A stretch of 64,000 nucleotides of DNA from Octopus sinensis. Taxonomy: Eukaryota. The position numbers were made by a program, and so were the translations under genes. The notes beneath the pieces were generated by a model. That model was given only the letters and a program-made list of their open reading frames with translations, was not told where the DNA came from and ran no database searches. Within the stretch, counting starts at the first letter, position 1; every line of letters begins with the position of its first letter. The stretch spans positions 47,616,001 to 47,680,000 of the forward strand of contig NC_042999.1 of assembly GCF_006345805.1 (NCBI RefSeq), read 5' to 3'. Positions 55,392 through 64,000 of this stretch are shown piece by piece.

Positions 55392-55469
55392 CAACTCGCT
55401 GATGAAGCTGGCCTTAGCAAACATATTCTGTGTTTTGCTAGAAAGAAGCAGAAACCGCGGTACGAGTTG
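55392..55469 (+). ncRNA. Type I hammerhead ribozyme, array 2 unit 3
   Basis: Identical to 54949-55026; cleavage predicted after 55462. Confidence 0.88.
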
Positions 55470-55714
55470 TTAAAGTTATCGGTAAACGTTTTTGATTTTC
55501 ACTCTCGATAAATTCATCCCCTTTTTGTGTTCCCAGCACTCGGCATCTTTATTTAGGAGCCCTTAATTGTATAACTACATGAATAATATTTTTCTATATG
55601 AATAATATTTTTGTCTTATGACTAATTCGTCTTTTGTGCTGGGCACCTGGTAGTAAATAATATTACTACCCTTCTTGTTTATATTCGCATATATATATAT
55701 ATATATATATATAT

Positions 55715-55880
55715 AAAGGGAAAGTTTACGAAAATACACAAAATACAAAGGCAGGTGGTGTACAAACAGACAGATGTATTAATATAGCGCTCAAGAATAG
55801 AAAAAGTCTTTTACGTTTCGAGCCTACGCTCTTCCACAGAAAGGTACACAAAGAAAACAAGAGGAGAAATTAAGGAGAGA
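55715..55880 (-). mobile_element. Family F tail with variant hammerhead motif
   Basis: Minus: CTTT-CTGTGGA-A-GAGC(gtag)GCTC-GAAAC-GT-A-AAAG; shares its (TA)n tract with array 2. Confidence 0.65.
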
Positions 55881-56006
55881 AACATATACATAATCGTCAG
55901 AAGTAACAATGTAACTAAAAGTTCTGAGAGTATTGTGTCAGCAGCTTTTGCGTTCTATTTCATTGTTTATAACAATAAACTTACATGCACACGTTATGCG
56001 TGTATG

Positions 56007-56040
<34 letters not shown>

Positions 56041-57035
56041 TGTATGTATGTAGTCAGCCTACTTATGGTATTTGATTTGTCAAACTTTAATTAAGTACCA
56101 GTAATCTTAGTCATCCTTGTTGAGCTGTAGGTTGCCCGGCTGAGTTGTTTTATAAACCGATCTTATTTTGTTGTGTTTCTTTTATTTTATTTTCGATGTC
56201 TACGCTGATCAATGCGTCTTTTCTCTATTTAATATTTTGATTGTTCAATTTAGAAATATCGAAACGTAGAAACGGGTTAATTCTATCTGGTGGAGCGAAC
56301 GAGAACAGAAATTTCTTGCTCTTTGTGTGACTTTCGCCACACATACATTCACACGTCGAATTTATATCTGCCTTCACTTTGGCACGGGAGATTCGTATAC
56401 AAAATCCAATTTAATATTGAAACGGAACGCTTAAATATCTCAGAAACTATAGAAGTATCAGCTGAAAATTAAATAAACAGGTCTTTGAAATGGTTGACTT
56501 GTTAAAATTCTTTCAAATCCTCTACCAATATGAAACTTGCGATCGAAGTATAATCTCCTACGTCGATTTAATCCATCTCTATAAATCGATGATATGATAT
56601 TAATTTAGAATATTTCCATCTGAGGATTCGGAAAATATGACAGACTAGTAATAAAGCGACGATCAGAAAGAAACAGCTGTGACAAAATGTGCGTATTATA
56701 TATGACTGTTATTTACACTTTGTTATTGGATCGGCGAAGAGCGACCATCGCAAATAAATAAAAAAGATAAATAAATAAATAAATGCATTGTGTTATTTCG
56801 TCTGATTCATTACATTCTGCGTTCAAATCCAAACATAGCCAACTTTAGTTTTCATACAATCTAGATTAATAAAGGAAGTACCAGCCAAATACTTTGGCCG
56901 GTTCAGTCACGTACTTCACCCACTAAATTTGTGTTGGGAGTGATGCCTGCAAGAAACAACTAAGTAGTGGTGTTGAATGAATATTCTTCTAATATAACGA
57001 ATTAAATTGGAAATTGTGTATTGTTTCAACATATT

Positions 57036-57423
57036 GGATGGAAGCACTCCGTCGGTTACGACGACGAGGGTTCCGGTTAATCCGATCAACGGAACAGCCT
57101 GCTCGTGAAATTAACGTGTAAGTGGCTGAGCACTCCGCAGACACGTGTACCCTTAACGTAGTTCTCGGGGATATTTAGCGTGACACAGAGAGTGACAATG
57201 CCAGCGCTTTGAAATACAGGTACAACAGAAACAGGAAGTAGGAGTGGGAGAAGGTTGTGGTGAAAGAGTAAGGCAGGGATCACCACTATCCCCTGCCGGA
57301 GCCTCGTGGAGCTTTTAGGTGTTTTCGCTCAATAAACACTCACAACGCCCGGTCTGGGATTCGAAACTGCGATCCTACGACCGCTAGTCCGCTGCCCTAA
57401 CCACTGGGCCATTGCGCCTACTC
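57036..57423 (-). mobile_element. Family D SINE, full length, 11-bp target-site duplication
   Basis: tRNA-like head on minus strand; TTCAACATATT at 57025-57035 and 57424-57434. Confidence 0.92.
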
Positions 57424-57706
57424 TTCAACATATTAAAACATTTTCGATTGGAAAGTGACTACATTATCAAGCAATTCGAATGGCTGCATATTTCTTTGGT
57501 CACATTTATACGCATACATTTAAATCAGTTTAGATTTTGTTCTGGTACGTTACATATAGAAACACGCTTTTAAATTTGTAGAGTGAAATAATCTACAATT
57601 TTATGTGTTCGTGTGTCAGGGTATATATGCACATATTTGTGTATATGTGTGTGTCTGATTGTGAATACGCGCGTTTTTCCTGGAACGACATTTGTCACCG
57701 CTATTA

Positions 57707-58217
57707 CCATAAAAACTCGAGTATAACCCGAATTTCTTTCTCAACATTTAAAGGTCAAAATCCCTAGTGCGTACTATATACGAGGTTAAAAATGAAAATT
57801 ATTTTCTATGTAATGTCCGAGTCTCTATTTGCTGTCCGGCAATGTTTATTGAGACGCATTTTGTGATATCGGGCGCGAAAATATCTTAAGTTAAGTCTGA
57901 AACAATGAAGTCACAAAAGAATCATCCACAACTTGCAGTAATCAACATTTATTAAACGTTATTACTGTTATTTCTTTATTTTCTGCAAACAAAATGCACA
58001 AAAAAGCTACACGTTTGCATTATGTTATATATACAATAATAATAAAGCACGTTACCGTATACCTTTTTACAAACCAAGGACGTTATATAGACCTTCTTGA
58101 CTCATGTTAGAGATGGGGTGCGTATTATACACATGGTTTAGGTCTTTCAGAGGTACAGTCCCCTAAAAATCCCCTCCGTAATATACTCAACGGCGGACTA
58201 TACTCGAGGATTTACGG
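57707..58217. mobile_element. Non-autonomous Tc2/pogo-like DNA transposon (MITE)
   Basis: TA-flanked TIRs CCATAAAAACTCGAGTATAACCCG and CGGACTATACTCGAGGATTTACGG; subterminal GTGCGTA(C/T)TATA repeats. Confidence 0.7.
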
Positions 58218-59309
58218 TAAGTGGTGTAAATCAGCGAAATGCCGAATATGTAGAAGCAGAGTATCACGTAGACGCTATATAATACTTATGTATTCATTGC
58301 TTTGTACTATTGCCGTAGCATAGATTCCGGTTTGTGAGCATGGATTCAGACACATCGAAATTCAGCGAATGTTTGAAATTGTTGAATGATAAAAGTCTCC
58401 AAAAAACTGTTGCTTGCCTCATCAAGTAAGTCTACATTTGAAGATCAATATGTCGAAATACTCGCGGAAATCTGAACTACTATATTGCTGGTTGATGATA
58501 TTCATGATTTGGCTTCCATATTGTCTACAAATTAGTAATCTTGTCTTGAGTAATAAATAAATAGTCTTCTTTGCAGTTTGAAAGTTCCATTTCACGCTGT
58601 TCGCCCAGAGCAATCTATGGTATAATTTGATTTTGTTTACTTAGAATTAACACAGATTTTCATTATCAGTCTAGTTAGTATTCCTTTATGGGTTCTGTGG
58701 GCGTTTTCCTTCACTTTATCACACTGCAAATTTGATGCATTTTATAGGAGTTTATATTTGTACTTTTCGTCGTATATTATGTGAAATAGGCCTAAGCGAT
58801 AATAAAATATAATATTATTGCCCTGAAAACCTTTTAATCTCTCCACATTACTCGAAACATTTGGAAAAGAATTTAGTATTTTCTTTGAACTAATCAAAAG
58901 CTACTTGCTGGACCCGTGACAAATTTACGGAAAACATAAAAAATGTAAGCATCTGTAAACAGGGTACTAGTGCCATGAGAAATGCTTGTATATTATGATC
59001 ATCTGTCTTTACGTTCTGAGTTCAAATTCGACTTTTACTTTCGTAGTCTGGAGCTTGATATATTAAGTACCAGTTGTGTAGTGATTCGATAAATTCAACT
59101 AGCCGCCTCCCCACAAAGATTGCAGGCCTAGAAAAGTATATTGTGACAGTTATAGAATATACAAAATAATGTAACACCAATGACTATATAATCCAACCAA
59201 AATGTCTCAGTTACACAAACGTAAATGGAATTACTATTTTACTTTAGAATACATCGTAGATATCCACAGAACCTTCTTCGTTTAGTGGTACAGAAGGTTA
59301 ATCTGGTAT

Positions 59310-59510
59310 TCTTTTATTCTTTTACATGTTTCAGTCATTTGACGGTGGCCATAATGGAGCACCACCCTTTAGTCGAATAAATTGACCCCTGGACATGTTC
59401 CCTGTAAGCCTGGTGCTTATTCTATCAGTCTCTTATACAGAACAGCTAAATTACAGAGATGCAAATGCACCAACATCGGTGTGAACCAATGGTGGTGGTG
59501 GGACAAACAC
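59310..59510 (-). mobile_element. Family A SINE 3' half, diverged
   Basis: TTTCAGTCATTTGACGGTGGCCATAATGGAGCACCACCCTTTAGTCGAA. Confidence 0.8.
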
Positions 59511-59879
59511 AGACACGAAAACACACCCACATACATACTTAAATACATACATACATATATACATACACACATACAGAAATATATATATATGTGTGTGTGT
59601 GTTTCAGTATGTGTGTGCATATATGTGTATGTTTGTATGTAAATGATTGTGCACTGGATCTCTCTCGGCATGCCAATAGATATCCAGGGCACAATCATAT
59701 ACGTGCACGCATACACATACATGCACACAAATACACAAACACGTATCTAGAGAGACAGACAGTATAATTTGTGTCGATGTATTCAGTTGAAGTTGAGGTA
59801 CATGTAATTATACAAAATATTGACGGCGGGCAAATTTATGTTAGTCACGCTATTCTGACAACCTGTCACGTTGATAAAT

Positions 59880-60078
59880 ACCTACCTACCAACCTACCTA
59901 TCTACCTACCGAACGATTTACGTACCTACCTACATGCCTGCCTACCTACCTACCTACCTACCTACCTACCTACCTACCTACCTACCTACATACATACATA
60001 CATACATACATACATACATACATACATACATAAATACATACATACATACATACATACATACATACATACATACATACA

Positions 60079-60112
<34 letters not shown>

Positions 60113-60125
60113 CACATATACATAC
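59880..60125. repeat. (CCTA)n-(CATA)n tetranucleotide microsatellite
   Basis: Direct reading. Confidence 0.95.
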
Positions 60126-60502
60126 GTACATTCATAATGACCTGATATAATATTTGGGGTAGAGAATAGAAACTGTGCACAGTTGTGAGCTACCCAGCAG
60201 ATGTTAACGTTAAGATCAGTGAAAAATATACTGAACTATTGAGAAGTCTAAAGTTACTCCATCAAGTTCAGGTTTATAATTATTGGGGCCATGGGATATG
60301 TAACACACTGCCTAAATAAATATCAATCTTGATGAATTAGGTTTCTCAAAACCGGAATGGAGAAAGCTAATTCGAAGCCTACAGATCCAATCCATCGCTT
60401 GAACTGCATAATTTGTCAAAATTTCCCGGAGTTTATCATTTAAATGCATACGAGCATGTCTAGATATGCAACTGTATGCATGAGAATACATACATAAAAC
60501 AT

Positions 60503-60533
<31 letters not shown>

Positions 60534-60545
60534 TATATATATATG

Positions 60546-60623
<78 letters not shown>

Positions 60624-61056
60624 ATACATATATATCTATGCGCCGACACATGCGCACATGCACATATTTTACACGAATATATACATATACGTCTACTGAA
60701 GAGATAGTGATGAATTACTGTATTCTTGAAAAAAGTTCTTTAAGCATTGTTTACAAGCCTATGTATATATTATATGTTTAACATTAAGTAAACCAGAGAA
60801 CTTCTGTGAGAACAGCCGTCATCAATCACTAATAAAACGAAATTGTAATCCACAGTTTGTTTGAAGCGTCAGAATTACCGGAATGTAACGAACAGCAATC
60901 ACAAATGGAAGAGGAAGGAGACTATGAGGTTTATGAATACTCTATGTAGGTCTCCATTTTCGTTATAGTAGTTTTCATAAAAATATGCCACCACAAATCC
61001 ACCATGTGGAGTGGGCAAGCGTAGTCTATATAGTGTGAAGATAACAGGGTCAACAT

Positions 61057-61474
61057 TCTTATTTGATTATTGCCCACAAGGGGCTAAATATAGAAGGGAC
61101 AAAGAAGGACAGACAAAGGGATTAGTCGATTACATCGACCCCAGTGCATAACTGGTACCTAATTTATCGACCTCGAAAGGATGAAAGGCAAAGTCGACCG
61201 CGGCGGAATTTGAACTCAGAACGTAACGGCAGGCGAAAAACATATTTCTTTACTACCCACAAGGGGCTAAACACAGAGGAGACAAACAAGGACAGACAGA
61301 CGGATTAAGCCGTTTATATCGACCGCAGTGCGTAACTGGTACTTAATTTATCGATCCCGAAAGAATTAAAAGCAAAGTCGACCTCGGCGGAATTTGAACT
61401 CAGAACGTACCGGCAGGCGAAATACCGATAAGCATTTCGCCGGCGTGCTAACGATTCTACCCGCTCGCCGCCTT
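61057..61474 (-). mobile_element. Tandem pair of family B SINEs
   Basis: Two successive CCCACAAGGGGCTAAA...GGAATTTGAACTCAGAACGTA units; the second has a complete head. Confidence 0.9.
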
Positions 61475-63120
61475 CATTCTGTTGAAAACTTGTATAGAAA
61501 ATCACTTCTGAAATTGTATTGACTGCAATCAGAAAAGTGATATTAGAAATCATTTCCTCTTTTTCGGGCATAACTGTAGGCTGCCATGACTAAACACCAT
61601 AAACTATGAATTTTACCGAGTACTAGCAGAGTAGAGGAACACTAGAGATGAAATTAATCACTTTGAAATATAAAGCTGAAGATCAAGAGGTGACCACTGT
61701 TACACAATGGCCTCGGGATCGATTTAAAATGTCTATACTTTCCAAACAAAACTATACCAGCCTCAACGAAGAAGACATGTACAAAATAAATGTATTTACA
61801 TCCTTACATATAAAACCCATGATAAAACTTCAGCCTACAGTAAATCTTCAGAGATTATAATTTCTAATGAATGGTTTGACTGATTAAGAGACTGACCTGG
61901 TGCTTTCGGTATATGACCTGCAACTCTACTAAATGTTTTCCGCTGGTTCTTCGATGTCACGTTTGCAGTAGTATGTCATTCGCTTCTGCGTGTAACAGAA
62001 AACACCTAACAAAGACAACCACTGTCATGTTTAAACTGTTGTTTATGTAAAGTCGAAATAATTATTTTAATCTAGACATCGCTCCTTTCTTTTGCTTGAT
62101 TGGCAAACCACAACCATTGACAAAAAGATTCAACTGTTATAAACGAAGATTGTGTCACCGATCTAATGAACAGCACACTTTTAAGTGGAGCCTGTAAATT
62201 TACATAGAGCGTGCATACACCATCGTAATCAATCATCTGAGAAGATGGTCAGGTTCACTTTAGGTCAGAAAGTTGATGAACGAATAGCACAAGTTTCGAA
62301 TTGCTACGTTTGAATGGAGTGAAATAGGAATTTAACCATCAAAACAGAGAACAATCTATTCTTGAATTTGAAGCAGATTACGGCTATACTTATAATAAAT
62401 ATGGAAACTATATAACGTTTTATGAAACTGCAGAATAGAACAGCATTTACAAATATTTAAGAAGAGAAAATTATGCTGAAAGACAATAGATAATTTCAAG
62501 CAATATTCAAGACAACTGAAAGAGAGAAATATACAGAAATCTTCTGTTCACAATTATGTGCATTGTTTCCGGATATGTAGGGCAGCAGACGAGATACTCT
62601 CACCATACAAAAATCCTCGAAAGTGGACATATCTGTAAAGAAAATGAAAGATTGTTGTCTAGACATAAGTGGATAGCCGTGTGATGAGCTTTTGCTTCAA
62701 CAGTAGTCATCAGCTTGACAATTGTTGAACTGTATCTGCAGTAGCCGAAGCAGCACCATTTTGGCATGAACAGTTTCCATTATTTGACTATAATAAAACA
62801 TTCAACGCAAAGACTAGTGGCATGTATATCGAGAACATAAACATATACGGATAAACATATACGCATAATATAAATTCTGGATGTATTAAAATCCTCTCTG
62901 CGTTTGTAGGATGTGTCACGACAGAGAGAGGGAATCGTTTCTACCATTGTCCAGAAAATAATCATTACTAATCCCTTTTTCCATCGTAGTAGGTCAGATT
63001 TGGAGAATTCCTGATTCTGTCATTTCGTAACAGCAAAATTTCCACAGGGAATGAAAATAATTTCAATCAATAGAAGTAATTCGTATGATATTTCATTTAA
63101 CTGTATTTGTTTTTATGCAT

Positions 63121-63212
<92 letters not shown>

Positions 63213-63723
63213 ACACACACACAGAATCACAAATTTGGTCATCACTCTTATTGCAAAGGAGAGATGAAAACTTAGCCGAGTTACAATCAAGCCTGTCACT
63301 GAATCGAAAAACGAGTGGCGCAACAGAAGAAGTATTAATGGGAAATAGCAATCCGCGTATTATTCTCATTGCAAATACAAGACCAAAATATAACTCAACT
63401 GCGGTATTCGACCGGAGATTGTATCTCTTATGAGCCGGCTCTGTTAAAAAAACTCAAACACAAAGCTAGCAGGCGAAAATCATCCAACATTGGTGGTACG
63501 GATTTTAGAAAAGCATTTATACCATTTTAGAATCTGTCATTTGCAAATAATCATAGTTTGCATACTAAGACAAAATGATATATCACTAAGGATGGAGTTT
63601 TTCAGCATAAGGAACCTGCTAGTATCACAGTCGCAAAAGATAGAAATGAAAACCTAGCATTCTCGCTACCACTAGATGTAGATTGGCTTCTGATATATTT
63701 ATGGTATTTGAAACAGTGCATCT

Positions 63724-63791
63724 ATGGAATCGCTGCTATCATCGGTTTTCTAAAAGGCCGTTGGAAAAACCGATGATAGCAGCGACTCCAT
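63724..63791. other. 68-nt hairpin with ~26-bp stem, pre-miRNA-sized
   Basis: ATGGAATCGCTGCTATCATCGGTTTT versus AAAACCGATGATAGCAGCGACTCCAT, one mismatch. Confidence 0.6.
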
Positions 63792-64000
63792 CTAAGTATA
63801 TCTGAAGTAGGAATTTTATTCCGGAATATCATCAGACTATGGATGACTAAATTACAAGAGGTATATATTCCATTGTTTGTATTATAGTGCATTGTTGGAC
63901 CATTCAGAACTTTTTATGTATGTATATATATATATGTATGTATGTATATATATATATATGCATATATATATATATATATATATCGATTGTGTATATATAT

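Larger units (their letters stand above)
54404..55691 (+). mobile_element. Hammerhead-bearing ~443-bp tandem array (2.7 units) plus 106-bp inverted arm, in (TA)n (retrozyme-like or pLTR-derived)
   Basis: CTGATGA at 54511, 54956 and 55399; units differ only by a few 1-nt indels; 54404-54509 is the reverse complement of 54580-54685. Confidence 0.9.

Noticed and set aside
54404-55691. Tandem repeats as a CRISPR array or simple satellite
   Set aside because: Eukaryotic context, no unique spacers, and each unit carries a structured ribozyme

Overview
AT-rich, microsatellite-dense eukaryotic DNA, most likely octopus (judged from recalled tRNA-derived SINE families and the (TA)n/(ATT)n load; not verified by search). 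Almost all ORFs in the supplied track are microsatellite read-through. No complete protein-coding gene can be supported; there are only a few weak exon candidates. The window holds five tRNA-derived SINE families (my labels A-E), RTE-type LINE 3' fragments, a mariner remnant and a Tc2/pogo-like MITE. The main signal is a set of Penelope-like (PLE) and hammerhead-ribozyme (HHR) elements. (i) A 5'-truncated, frameshifted Penelope element (RT thumb plus GIY-YIG, minus strand, 35.5-38.0 kb) has an HHR-bearing terminal repeat and an inverted partial copy of it. (ii) Two unrelated arrays of ~443-bp and ~480-bp units (54.4-55.7 kb, 43.7-45.0 kb) have no recognisable ORF, carry type I HHRs with long stem II, sit in (TA)n tracts, and contain head-to-head inversions that map to the ribozyme. 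(iii) A tRNA-headed SINE ends in a minimal PLE-type HHR tail and carries a PLE-style inverted 5' arm (3.3-3.5 kb). (iv) Short PLE-like tails carry variant HHR cores. Together these suggest retrozyme-like and SINE-like parasites mobilised by Penelope machinery (inference). Several long local inverted repeats and two pre-miRNA-sized hairpins are also present. All coordinates were counted by hand and may be off by a few bases.
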